Source: Parcubacteria group bacterium Gr01-1014_31
GTDB lineage: Bacteria > Patescibacteriota > Patescibacteriia > Buchananbacterales > GWA2-38-13
DNA length: 64,000 nucleotides
NCBI GenBank assembly: GCA_007376135.1
Contig: VMFR01000001.1
Location: 452,360-516,359 of the forward strand
Direction: 5' to 3'
This document shows, piece after piece, positions 45,229 through 54,739 of the stretch (positions within the stretch are counted from its first letter, which is position 1; each line of letters opens with the position of its first letter). The position numbers and the translations under genes were made by a program. The notes below the pieces were generated by a model. The model did not search any database, was not told the origin of the DNA, and was given only the letters and a program-made list of their open reading frames with translations.

Positions 45229-46710
45229 CTATCGTTTTTTCACCAATTTGACCACGCCGCGATTTGCATCCACCTCAACCTCATCGCCATCCTGGAACAC
45301 CCTCGTCGCAATCTTGGTACCGATGATGCAGGGTTTGCCGAGCTCTCGCGCGATAATCGCAGCGTGGCTGGTTACACCGCCGACTTCAGCAATAATCGCT
45401 GAAGCCAATTTCATCGCCGTGACAAGTCGGGGGTTTGTCGTATGGGCGACGAGCACATCACCTTTCTCCATTTTTGTAATATCTTGCACTGTATCCACAA
45501 TTTTTACTAGCCCCCTTGCTTTTCCCGGCGAACCCGTAGCACCTTTCAATTCTTTTATATTCCTCTCAATAACTGAAGTTTGGGCAAGCAGCCAATCAAA
45601 CAAATGTTGGGCGATCTGGCCTTGATATTCATCAATTATTCCATCATGAAAATAGAGGGCAAACATTTTCTTTCTTTGGCTGAGCAAGTTGGCGTTCACT
45701 GACGCGCCTTTTAAGGTCTTGATCATTTCAAGCGGCTTGAGAAATTGCACTTGTGTAAGCGACAGAAAATGTTCTCGGGCAATTTTACAAAGGAGCGGCT
45801 CCAAAGACCAATACAACAACCAAGAGGCATCAACGCGTAAGGCTTTCATGGTAGCGATCTCTTCAAGCAATTTCGCGATTCTCGTGGCTTCCTTTGATAA
45901 TTTATATTTTTTTACCATCTCTTTTTTCCGGCGGCGGATTTCCTGTCGATATTTCGTTTCAGGTTTTATATATTTTTTGGAATTTTTTTCTTTTCTGATG
46001 AGCTTCACTCGCTCTTCAAAATAGCCAACATCATACGCCGGCCCTTGCCAATTGTATCCCAACCATGCGTATTTCTGCCAGTGTTGCTTTATTTTCTTCC
46101 CTGGCGGCCTCCCTTCGATTAAACCCAAAAGGTCTTGCTCTTCTTTCTGCAAAAAACTGTATTGCTCGGGAGTGGTGATAACGGTAAATATTTCTCCAAG
46201 AGATGACCGAGACACGCTGTTTCCTTCCAAAATTTTCTTTAATTTATCTCCGAGCAACGAACGACCCATTTCCAACAAGTTAATTGCTTGTCCCCGAAAC
46301 CACAGATGATCGTGAATTTCATACAATTTGAAGTACATTTTAGCAAGCTTTCCATTTGCAATCTTATTAACATCAAGGCGTTGTAGGCGGCGGGATTCAA
46401 CCATGAGTTTTTGGCTTAAACTCCTGATCTCATCTAAAATGTTTTTTATAAAACCGGGTTTTTTTATATCCTGTGCAAGTATTTTTTTGCCAGCAATCTC
46501 CAATTCATCATCGAGATGGTACATGAAAATATCATTATTTTTAAAAACCCAAATCCCACGAAATATGCCGGTTTTGTACATTTTATTGAGCATGTACGCA
46601 TAGGCGATTAAGGCTGACTGGACTATCCAGAGCGGGCAATTCGGAATTTTCTCAAAAAGATCCCAGCGGTAAGATTGTATTTGTTTTTTTATATCCTTTA
46701 TCGTGTTCAT
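45229..46710 (-). CDS. PEP-utilising-enzyme mobile (phospho-His swivel) domain protein, paralog 1; AT-rich gene
   Basis: C-terminus GDVLVAHTTNPRLVTAMKLASAIIAEVGGVTSHAAIIARELGKPCIIGTKIA (phospho-histidine domain). The N-terminal 380 aa are uncharacterised and Lys-rich. About 38% GC against about 68% for neighbours. Confidence 0.6.
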   Translation of the reverse strand: MNTIKDIKKQIQSYRWDLFEKIPNCPLWIVQSALIAYAYMLNKMYKTGIFRGIWVFKNNDIFMYHLDDELEIAGKKILAQDIKKPGFIKNILDEIRSLSQKLMVESRRLQRLDVNKIANGKLAKMYFKLYEIHDHLWFRGQAINLLEMGRSLLGDKLKKILEGNSVSRSSLGEIFTVITTPEQYSFLQKEEQDLLGLIEGRPPGKKIKQHWQKYAWLGYNWQGPAYDVGYFEERVKLIRKEKNSKKYIKPETKYRQEIRRRKKEMVKKYKLSKEATRIAKLLEEIATMKALRVDASWLLYWSLEPLLCKIAREHFLSLTQVQFLKPLEMIKTLKGASVNANLLSQRKKMFALYFHDGIIDEYQGQIAQHLFDWLLAQTSVIERNIKELKGATGSPGKARGLVKIVDTVQDITKMEKGDVLVAHTTNPRLVTAMKLASAIIAEVGGVTSHAAIIARELGKPCIIGTKIATRVFQDGDEVEVDANRGVVKLVKKR

Positions 46711-48239
46711 GGTAGCAATGTTACAACTCCTCTGTTTGCATCTACCTCGACCTCATCGCCGTCCTTAAACACCTTCGTGGCGATCTTCGTGCCGATCACG
46801 CATGGGATATTCAACTCGCGGCTGACAATCGCCGCGTGTGAGGTAACGCCACCTTGCTCGGTGACGATCGCAGCGGCCTTTTTCATCGCCGACACAATGT
46901 CTGGGTCAGTGGCAATAGACACGAGGATATCACCCTGCTTCATCTTGGCCATATCCGAAGCGCGAATGATAATCTTGACCGTCCCCCGCGCATGGCCCAG
47001 ACAGGCTGGCTGGCCCCTGATCTCACGCACGTCAGTATCAACTATCCGTTCCACTGTCGAGAGATATTCCCTCGCGGTATCGCCGATCATGAGCTTATCG
47101 CACCCGCGTTCAGCGTAGTAAACCATGAGCTTCGTCCGCTCCTCCAGGACAGCGGGGTGGCAGATGCGCCGCAGCAGCATGGCCTTCATTTCTTCCGGCA
47201 AGACGCAGCGCACCTGCGCCTCGCTGATGCCGCGGCGGCGGGCGATCTCGCGGAGGATCGCCCCCATGTGATGCACGGCGAGCAGTTGCGCGTAACGCCG
47301 ATAAATTTTTGTCACCATGAAGTCGCCAAAAGACCCAAAGACCGCCGCCCATTGGCCATTGATCTTGAGCCGACGAAATAATTGCCGGCGTCGGCTCCGC
47401 GCCCTTACAAGCTCGCGGGTTTGGAGCCGCAGCTGTTCCTGCGGCGATTGGTCCTTGTCAAAAATCTCTTTGAGTTGGCGGAGGTAGTCCGCGATCGTGT
47501 ACTCCCCGCTCACCCAGAGGTGCTTCGTGTAGTAGTACTTGCGGCGGTGCGTCTCTAGCGACCGACGAATAGCGGGGGGAAACTTCGCCATTACAACTTG
47601 AGTATCCTTGTGTTTCAACGCCGCTTGCGCCGACTGATCACCCACAATCTTAGCCGCAATCTTAAGAAGCTGCTCATGCTCGATGTAGATGAGCGACTTC
47701 TTGGTCGGTTGTGTCAGAATGAGAAATGACTCAGTGATTCGCTCGTCGCTCACCCCTTTAGCCCGTAGGTACTCCTTCACCTTATCCGTGAGGTTGTTAT
47801 GGAACATGTCCGCGCCCACGGGAATCCAGCACCAAGTGTAATACGTCGAGTGAATTTCATTATGGCGCCGGTAGACGGCCCACAGCTGACGATCGGTTAG
47901 GCGATCGAGATTACGCTGCGGAATTTTATCGCAAAAGCGTCGCAGCTTGTCCGCCTCAACGATGATGTGACGGTTCACCCGAGCCGCATAACCAGGCTCG
48001 CCGACAATGCGCCGAGCGATATTTTCTCCCACGGCAAATGAATCCTGCTGGCCGAAATAAAACCACAAATGGTAGCCAACGTACTTGCTGACGATTTTAG
48101 CGTACGCCCGACCGGTGTGCTTGGCAAAGTCGTTGACGAACCCGTGCAGCCAAACGTTAGAGAAGAACAGATCGGCGTTGGGGATGTCTTCGCCCAGCAT
48201 CCAGGGATCTTTGTCGTGGTAGTGTTGAAGTGACTTCAT
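46707..48239 (-). CDS. PEP-utilising-enzyme mobile domain protein, paralog 2
   Basis: C-terminus GDILVSIATDPDIVSAMKKAAAIVTEQGGVTSHAAIVSRELNIPCVIGTKIA. 4-bp overlaps with both neighbours. Confidence 0.6.
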   Translation of the reverse strand: MKSLQHYHDKDPWMLGEDIPNADLFFSNVWLHGFVNDFAKHTGRAYAKIVSKYVGYHLWFYFGQQDSFAVGENIARRIVGEPGYAARVNRHIIVEADKLRRFCDKIPQRNLDRLTDRQLWAVYRRHNEIHSTYYTWCWIPVGADMFHNNLTDKVKEYLRAKGVSDERITESFLILTQPTKKSLIYIEHEQLLKIAAKIVGDQSAQAALKHKDTQVVMAKFPPAIRRSLETHRRKYYYTKHLWVSGEYTIADYLRQLKEIFDKDQSPQEQLRLQTRELVRARSRRRQLFRRLKINGQWAAVFGSFGDFMVTKIYRRYAQLLAVHHMGAILREIARRRGISEAQVRCVLPEEMKAMLLRRICHPAVLEERTKLMVYYAERGCDKLMIGDTAREYLSTVERIVDTDVREIRGQPACLGHARGTVKIIIRASDMAKMKQGDILVSIATDPDIVSAMKKAAAIVTEQGGVTSHAAIVSRELNIPCVIGTKIATKVFKDGDEVEVDANRGVVTLLP

Positions 48240-49753
48240 ACTTTCCTCACCACTCCCCTCTCCGCATCCACCTCGACCCGGTCTCCATCACGAAATACTG
48301 ACGTTGCGATTTTCGTACCCACAACACATGGGATCAGGAGCTCGCGCGAAACAATCGCCGCATGGCAGGTCAAGCCGCCTTCATCGGTCACGATCGCCGA
48401 CGCCTGGCGAATTGCCGGCATCAGATTCGGGCTGGTCGCCCGTGATACGAGAATATCCCCACGTTTCATTTTTCCCATCTCCGATGGCGCAGAGATGAGC
48501 TTGACCGTACCACGGACCTTACCGGTGCAGGCGGTAGTTCCATGAATTTCATTGACTTCTACGACAGCATTTTTCTCGGCATTCGCCTGCAGAAAATCCG
48601 CCGCCGGCTTTCCCACCAATAACCACTGCCGCTTGCCCTGCCGTCCATAGACAACACAACGGAGACGATTTCGAATCTCTGACCGATCAACGCCTCCATA
48701 CCGTAGTAGAATTTCTACCTCCGAAGGCAGCAGCATACGTATCTCTGGTATGGTCAACCCCGCACGACGAGCCATCTCGGCAAGTAACGGTTCCAACAGA
48801 TAATACGACCATGTTTGCAATTCCCGGCGGTAGGGTTTAAAAAATACGCTCGCCCGAGCAAGCTCAAGGATGGCCCGTTCATTACGGTCGAGCTGCAGCT
48901 TCTTCACGACTGCATGTTGCCGCAGCGCCAATGTCTTTCGTTCCTGTTCGTATTGGCGGAGCTGCGCCTCCGGCGAGATACCCTGATCGACCAAATCTTT
49001 CAAGGCGGATACGAAATACGCCGGACCCGCCGCCGGACCTTGATAGACATAATTCACCCAGGCAAACGTTTGTGCATGTGATCGGATCTTCCGCCAAACC
49101 GTCGGATAGTTGCCGGAAATGATAGTGACCAAACGATCCGGAGGCAAAGTTTTAAACTGTTGGACCAGTCGCGACTGCCGGCGAATCGTGGCAAGAATGT
49201 GTAATAATGCAATTTCGGCGCGTTTGTTGTAGGTGGCTCGCCGCGGCGTCGTGAGCAGGGTGGTGTGCGCAGCGGCATTATGCCCCTGCAGAATGCGGTT
49301 GATCTCATCGGTTATAAAAGTCGTGGTCTGGAAATCAAGGAGTGGAATCACGGCGCTCAAACCGTACAATGTTGTGTTCATCACAACGTACCGCTGGTAG
49401 CACCGATTGAGCTGCGCAGCCGTGAGCGTCCGCAAAAATGACGGAGATAATGTTTTCGCGTACGCGATCAACTTTTTCCCCCGCTCTTCACAGGTTCGGA
49501 AGTTTTGCGCCAGAAAGCGCGGGTATAGCTGGATCTTCGCCACCAGCCGCCGGTGCGCGATCTCCCAATTTTTTGGCTGACAAAACCACGTCAAATCTTC
49601 ACCGTGAATCGCAACGGCAATGGACACCGGATGTTGTAGAATGCCGAGCTTCGATAACCTCGCCCACCCGTCCGGCAGCATGAAGGCCGGAAAGAGCGAG
49701 GCGACGTACTCTTTGGCAATGATGGACCAAGCCGCTTGCTTTGCCATACTCAT
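48236..49753 (-). CDS. PEP-utilising-enzyme mobile domain protein, paralog 3
   Basis: C-terminus GDILVSRATSPNLMPAIRQASAIVTDEGGLTCHAAIVSRELLIPCVVGTKIA. Shares the LEPLLAEMARR motif with paralog 1. Confidence 0.6.
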   Translation of the reverse strand: MSMAKQAAWSIIAKEYVASLFPAFMLPDGWARLSKLGILQHPVSIAVAIHGEDLTWFCQPKNWEIAHRRLVAKIQLYPRFLAQNFRTCEERGKKLIAYAKTLSPSFLRTLTAAQLNRCYQRYVVMNTTLYGLSAVIPLLDFQTTTFITDEINRILQGHNAAAHTTLLTTPRRATYNKRAEIALLHILATIRRQSRLVQQFKTLPPDRLVTIISGNYPTVWRKIRSHAQTFAWVNYVYQGPAAGPAYFVSALKDLVDQGISPEAQLRQYEQERKTLALRQHAVVKKLQLDRNERAILELARASVFFKPYRRELQTWSYYLLEPLLAEMARRAGLTIPEIRMLLPSEVEILLRYGGVDRSEIRNRLRCVVYGRQGKRQWLLVGKPAADFLQANAEKNAVVEVNEIHGTTACTGKVRGTVKLISAPSEMGKMKRGDILVSRATSPNLMPAIRQASAIVTDEGGLTCHAAIVSRELLIPCVVGTKIATSVFRDGDRVEVDAERGVVRKV

Positions 49754-51120
49754 CTACGAGACAATCTCCGCACAGTCCCCTTCTCAGCGTCCACTTCCAC
49801 ACGGTCGCCGTCTTTGAGTGCTTGGGTGGCGATCTTGGTACCCATCACGCACGGAATTTTATATTCCCGCGCCACGATCGCGGCGTGCGCGGTAATACCG
49901 CCTTCGTCCGTCACGATGGCCTTCACTCTTTTCAAAAAAGGTACAATCTCGGGCGTGGTCATTCCCGTCACAATGATATCGCCGCGCCGGATGCGGTCGT
50001 AGGAGTACGGATTGACCTTGCGGACGCGACCGCGAACGTTGCCAGGGTAGGCCGCCAAGCCACGTAAGAATTTCTCCTTCTGCCCCCCACCCTCGTTCGC
50101 CATAGCCCGAAACCAACGACCGGTGAAGAGATACCCCTGGCCACCCAGCACGACGTAGCCCATACCACGCTGACGCTGACGAATGACGGCACGCGAAATG
50201 CGCTGCTGCAATATCTCGTCGGCGGTCAGCTGGATGATCTCGTTGAAAGTCAAACCATACCGCCGCGCCAGCTCGCTCATGAACGGCTGCTGGGCATAAA
50301 AAAATTTCGTCACGGCCAGCAGGCGCGTATCGCGAAATGCTACCAAGCGCTGCGCAACGTAAAATAATTTCCGATGACGCCGCAACGACGCTGGCAGGAT
50401 TTTATGGCGAGACGGGGTTGATGTACGCGCCTCGCGCATTTCGCGCCGTAATACCGCCGGAGTGTAGTGCCGAATATGAAAAAGATAGGAATTCGACCAG
50501 CCGTAACGTTCAATAAAATCGGCAGCAACCTTGGCCGGCAGGCGTGTGCCATACCGGCGGCGCAACGTCACCAATGCCTGCTGTTTCCGTTGCAGTTCCG
50601 TCAACCCATGAGGTGCCGAATAGCGTACAATGGCGTCAGCGTCCACACCTCGAGCCGTCAACCGGTCTTTCACGACCTGGTCGGCAAACATCGGAAAATA
50701 GGCCGACGCCCATACCCGGTCGCAATGCTCGACAAATTTCAAAAAATGGCGCTGCAACTCCTGTAGGGTCCAGGTGCGAAACGGCACATGGCGCTGACCC
50801 TCGCCCCAGCGTATGGCCCGATCGAGGATCCGCTGGAGGACGTCGACGCGCTGGATGACGAGGTCCGGACGACGCGTGAGCCAGCCGCGGATGGTCCGGT
50901 GGACCGCGGCCAGTTCGCGCCGATGGAAAAAGGACGCCTCGCCGTAGCGTTTCCAGTATTGAAGATTCGGTAAACCTAAAATCGGCCGCAGCTGCGACCG
51001 ATTGCATCGTCGGATGGTATCTACAACGAGAACGGGATGGCCTCCGCGGGCGACGAAACGCTCCCAAGGAATTTGCCGCTGTTGCCGCAACGCGCTTGCC
51101 AAGGACAGCCGTTTCGCCAT
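49750..51120 (-). CDS. PEP-utilising-enzyme mobile domain protein, paralog 4
   Basis: C-terminus GDIIVTGMTTPEIVPFLKRVKAIVTDEGGITAHAAIVAREYKIPCVMGTKIA. Confidence 0.6.
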   Translation of the reverse strand: MAKRLSLASALRQQRQIPWERFVARGGHPVLVVDTIRRCNRSQLRPILGLPNLQYWKRYGEASFFHRRELAAVHRTIRGWLTRRPDLVIQRVDVLQRILDRAIRWGEGQRHVPFRTWTLQELQRHFLKFVEHCDRVWASAYFPMFADQVVKDRLTARGVDADAIVRYSAPHGLTELQRKQQALVTLRRRYGTRLPAKVAADFIERYGWSNSYLFHIRHYTPAVLRREMREARTSTPSRHKILPASLRRHRKLFYVAQRLVAFRDTRLLAVTKFFYAQQPFMSELARRYGLTFNEIIQLTADEILQQRISRAVIRQRQRGMGYVVLGGQGYLFTGRWFRAMANEGGGQKEKFLRGLAAYPGNVRGRVRKVNPYSYDRIRRGDIIVTGMTTPEIVPFLKRVKAIVTDEGGITAHAAIVAREYKIPCVMGTKIATQALKDGDRVEVDAEKGTVRRLSRR

Positions 51121-51133
51121 AACACCATGTTTC

Positions 51134-52444
51134 TCACCGCCCCAAAATCCGACGCGTTTCTACTTTGTAGGCCTCGACGTTCGGCTGGTCAAAGGCGTTC
51201 ACGTTCATCAGCTTGCCCAGGTACATCATCTCCATCATTTTGAATTGCATAAATTCGCCCAGGCTGCGTTCCGACACGTCATCAAGTATCACCTCCATGA
51301 ACGGCAGGCCGCGCTTGCCGTAGGCGATCTTTACGCCGGACAGTATCGCGTCCATGACGCCCACAGCAGTTTTCCCCGCGATGCCGGAGACCAAGCCCGC
51401 CAACGCCAGTTTGGACGGGATTTTCACGCTTGCGCTTTTCGCGGTGGTAACGAACGTCGTTACCACCGCCTTGGGCCCGCCTAGATACAGCTGCCCGACC
51501 GAATGCAGGTCCGTGGAACCGACCGACACGGTCGGGAACATCCCGGCGTTGACGGTCTTTCCGCCAACATCCTGCTCTTTGCCGATGCTTTCGCCCATCA
51601 GCTGCCGGTACCACTTCCCCAGCGACTCCAGTTCCGGATGGAACACGAACGTGTCGTGGATGAGAAATCCGCGCTGCCGCTGCTGATATAAAATACAAGC
51701 CGAAAGCATTGCCGGGTTGTCTTCCAAACGTTGGGCCAGGCAACGCTCAAGCATTGCCGCTGCACCCCCGCGCAGTGCCTTGATATTGTATCCAGCCGCG
51801 GCCAGCGGGAAGAGGCCGACTGCCGACAGCACCGAGTAGCGTCCGCCCACGGACTTGGGAATGGGCAGGCGTCGTAGCCCGAGCGTCACGGCCAGCTGCC
51901 AAAGTTTCGAGCCCTCGTCGGTGGTCACCACCAGGCGGTGGGCGGCGTCCGGAAAGCGACGGGAAAGGTGGCGGTACAAAATTTCAAAGTTGGCGACCGG
52001 TTCCGTGTTGCTCCCGGATTTGCTGATGATGTTGACCACGACCTCACTCGACCGCTTGACCTCGGTTTCCATTAGGCGGCCCAACCGCTGCAGCCACTCC
52101 GGGTCAACGGTATCGGCGAACAACAGCTTGGGAAAACGGCGCGGTTCCAGGACATCAAATCCTCCGGAGATCGCGTCGTAGATGGCCTTGGTACCTAGAT
52201 TGGAACCGCCGATGCCAACGACCACCAGGTACTTGAGCGATTTGGTTGCCGTCGCCTTCACCGCCGCCGTAACATTATTGGACAGCACGGCATCCGACGC
52301 CAAACACAACGAGCTTTCCGCCGCTTCATAGCCGCCGCGGGTCGTGGCTGTGCGCAGTTGCTGCCGGTACGCGACCAGCTCCTGCCCGCACTGCTGCAGT
52401 TCGATCGGCGTCAAACGGCAGGTCTCTCGATAGCGCAGTTCCAT
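51134..52444 (-). CDS. pgi: glucose-6-phosphate isomerase
   Basis: SIS-domain motifs (…VVVGIGGSNLGTKAI…) and a catalytic Glu/His region. 436 aa. Confidence 0.8.
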   Translation of the reverse strand: MELRYRETCRLTPIELQQCGQELVAYRQQLRTATTRGGYEAAESSLCLASDAVLSNNVTAAVKATATKSLKYLVVVGIGGSNLGTKAIYDAISGGFDVLEPRRFPKLLFADTVDPEWLQRLGRLMETEVKRSSEVVVNIISKSGSNTEPVANFEILYRHLSRRFPDAAHRLVVTTDEGSKLWQLAVTLGLRRLPIPKSVGGRYSVLSAVGLFPLAAAGYNIKALRGGAAAMLERCLAQRLEDNPAMLSACILYQQRQRGFLIHDTFVFHPELESLGKWYRQLMGESIGKEQDVGGKTVNAGMFPTVSVGSTDLHSVGQLYLGGPKAVVTTFVTTAKSASVKIPSKLALAGLVSGIAGKTAVGVMDAILSGVKIAYGKRGLPFMEVILDDVSERSLGEFMQFKMMEMMYLGKLMNVNAFDQPNVEAYKVETRRILGR

Positions 52445-52457
52445 ACCGTCAGGCCAC

Positions 52458-54287
52458 CTACAATATTTTTTTCACCATCTCGACGATGGCCGGCGCCGAG
52501 ATCTCTTCGTAGTCCAGCAATTCTTGCGGGGTGCCGGACTTCGGCTGCTTGCGAACTGCCAGACTGTACACGCGCACCGGAATTTCAGCCACGGCTTCCC
52601 GCACCGCGTCGCCGATCCCGCCCTCCGCCACATGGTCTTCCACCGTGATGATGGCTTTCGTATCGTGCGCGGCGCGCTGCAAGGTCGCGCGGTCCACCGG
52701 TTTGACGCTGTAACAGTCAATAACTCGCGCGTCAATCCCCTGTTCCTTGAGCTGGTCGGCGGCTTTGAGCGCCTCAAATACCGTGACCCCTGCACCGACG
52801 ATGGCAACCTGGTCGGCCGCGGTTGCCCGCAGCACCTTGCTGCCGCCGATAGCAAGCTTCTCGCCGGGACTATACAGCAGGGGCGTTGCCATGCGCGTGG
52901 TGCGCACGTACACGATCCCGCGATGTTTGACCGCCTCCTCCACCAGGGCTTCGGTACTATACGCATCGCACGGGTACAGCACGACGCTGTTGAGGACCGT
53001 CCGAAACATCGCCAGATCCTCCAACCCCATCTGCGACGGCCCGTCCTGCCCGATGGACACGCCAGCGTGCGAACCGCAAAACTTGATGTTGCCGCCGGAA
53101 TACTGGCTCATGCGGATCTGGTCAAACGCGCGGGTGAAGAATGCCGCGAAAGTGGAGACGAACGGGATCTTGCCGCGTCGCGCCATCCCCAAAGCCGCGC
53201 CGACCATGTTCTGCTCGGCAATGTACATTTCCACGTAGCGTTCCGGATACACCTGCCGCATCTTCTCAGCAAAGGTGGAATTGGAGGTCTCGCCGTCCAT
53301 GGCGACCAGCGACGGGAACAGCGGCGCCAATCGGACGAGCGCATGCCCGTACGCTTCGCGGGTGGCCACCGGCTTTCCCGCCGGATAGGACGGGGCCTTG
53401 CTCACGCCAACCACGAATGACCGCGGCCGCTGCTCTTCCGGCAGGGCGATTTGCCCCCGCACCGACGCATCCACCGGCCCCAGCTCGGCCAGCGCCCCTT
53501 TCAGTTCGTCCTGGCTCAAGGCCTTACCGTGCCAACCCGGTTTATTCTCCAGCAGCGAGACGCCCCTCCCCTTCATCGTCTTGGCAACGACCATCACGGG
53601 CTTGCCTTTGACGCGCGCAGCGGCGCGGTAGGCGGCAATGACCTTGGGCAAGCTGTGGCCATTCACGACGATGCACTTCCACCCGAAAGACTCGACGCGC
53701 TTGGCGTACGCCTTCACATCGTGGCCGTACATCGTCGGACCGGTCTGGCCCAAGCGGTTGACGTCCAGGATGCCGACCAAATTGTCCAATTGGTAGTGGG
53801 CAGCCAGCTGGATCGCTTCCCAGATCGAACCCTCGGCCATCTCGCTGTCGCCCAGCAGGACGTACGTGCGATAGGGCAGCTGGTCGAAGTACTTGGCGTT
53901 GTAGGCCATGCCGACGCCGATGGACAGCCCTTGGCCCAGCGACCCGGTGGCCGCCTCCGCGAACGGGAACGCCGGGACCGGATGGCCTTCGAGCACGCTC
54001 CCGAATTTCCGCAACGTTACCAGCTCATTTTCGCTGACGCGGCCCGCGGCCGCCCAGAGCGCGTACAGCAGCGGCGAAGCGTGACCTTTGGAAAAAATGA
54101 GCCGGTCGTTGTTGGGCCGAGCGGGGTGGTCGGCGTCAAAACGGAACACGCCGGAAAACAGCAGCCCGACGGTGAGCTCCACCGCCGACAGCGACGAGCT
54201 CGGATGCCCCGACCCGGCCGCGGTCGTCGATTTCAAAATGTAATACCGGACCAATTGGGTGAGTTGCCGTAAAGAGTCTTTCGCCAT
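52458..54287 (-). CDS. tkt: transketolase
   Basis: TPP-binding GSGHPSSS…, GDSEMAEGS, a pyrimidine domain and a C-terminal domain. 609 aa. Confidence 0.9.
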   Translation of the reverse strand: MAKDSLRQLTQLVRYYILKSTTAAGSGHPSSSLSAVELTVGLLFSGVFRFDADHPARPNNDRLIFSKGHASPLLYALWAAAGRVSENELVTLRKFGSVLEGHPVPAFPFAEAATGSLGQGLSIGVGMAYNAKYFDQLPYRTYVLLGDSEMAEGSIWEAIQLAAHYQLDNLVGILDVNRLGQTGPTMYGHDVKAYAKRVESFGWKCIVVNGHSLPKVIAAYRAAARVKGKPVMVVAKTMKGRGVSLLENKPGWHGKALSQDELKGALAELGPVDASVRGQIALPEEQRPRSFVVGVSKAPSYPAGKPVATREAYGHALVRLAPLFPSLVAMDGETSNSTFAEKMRQVYPERYVEMYIAEQNMVGAALGMARRGKIPFVSTFAAFFTRAFDQIRMSQYSGGNIKFCGSHAGVSIGQDGPSQMGLEDLAMFRTVLNSVVLYPCDAYSTEALVEEAVKHRGIVYVRTTRMATPLLYSPGEKLAIGGSKVLRATAADQVAIVGAGVTVFEALKAADQLKEQGIDARVIDCYSVKPVDRATLQRAAHDTKAIITVEDHVAEGGIGDAVREAVAEIPVRVYSLAVRKQPKSGTPQELLDYEEISAPAIVEMVKKIL

Positions 54288-54296
54288 GGAAGTTTC

Positions 54297-54650
54297 CTAC
54301 AGGCTTATGAACAGTGCGGAGACCAGGTTCACAATGCCGCCGACCAGCAGGCCCGTGCCGATCCCCAGGTGTTTTTTTTGGACTTTCAATACGGCCAGCA
54401 AGACCGCCCCGCCGACCACCAGCACGAACGGCGAGACCAGATAAAAGAAGAACGCGTAGTAGGCGGCGCCGATCTCGGCGTCCGGCTGCCGCATTCCCAG
54501 GTAGCCGACGATAGAGGAAACCACGCCGGGCATCAGACCGAGGATGAACGGCAAACTCTTGGCGAACCGCCCCGGCAGCATGGGCATCGGCGGTATAGGT
54601 ACGGGTACGTTTTCCATAGGCAAAAAAATTTCTGTTATTCTACTTAACAT
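54297..54650 (-). CDS. hypothetical small membrane protein
   Basis: Three hydrophobic helices. No motif recognised. Confidence 0.3.
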   Translation of the reverse strand: MLSRITEIFLPMENVPVPIPPMPMLPGRFAKSLPFILGLMPGVVSSIVGYLGMRQPDAEIGAAYYAFFFYLVSPFVLVVGGAVLLAVLKVQKKHLGIGTGLLVGGIVNLVSALFISL

Positions 54651-54657
54651 TTCATCA

Positions 54658-54686
54658 TTGACATACTACCAGATTCAGCGTATATT
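54658..54686 (+). promoter_or_regulatory. sigma70-type promoter TTGACA-17-TATATT for the alpha-CTD-like gene
   Basis: Followed by an AGGAGG Shine-Dalgarno sequence at 54729-54734 and a TTG start at 54740. Confidence 0.5.
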
Positions 54687-54739
54687 ATCCTTTCGCAATT
54701 CTTGCACTTTCGACAACCACATTTTGATAGGAGGCTCCC

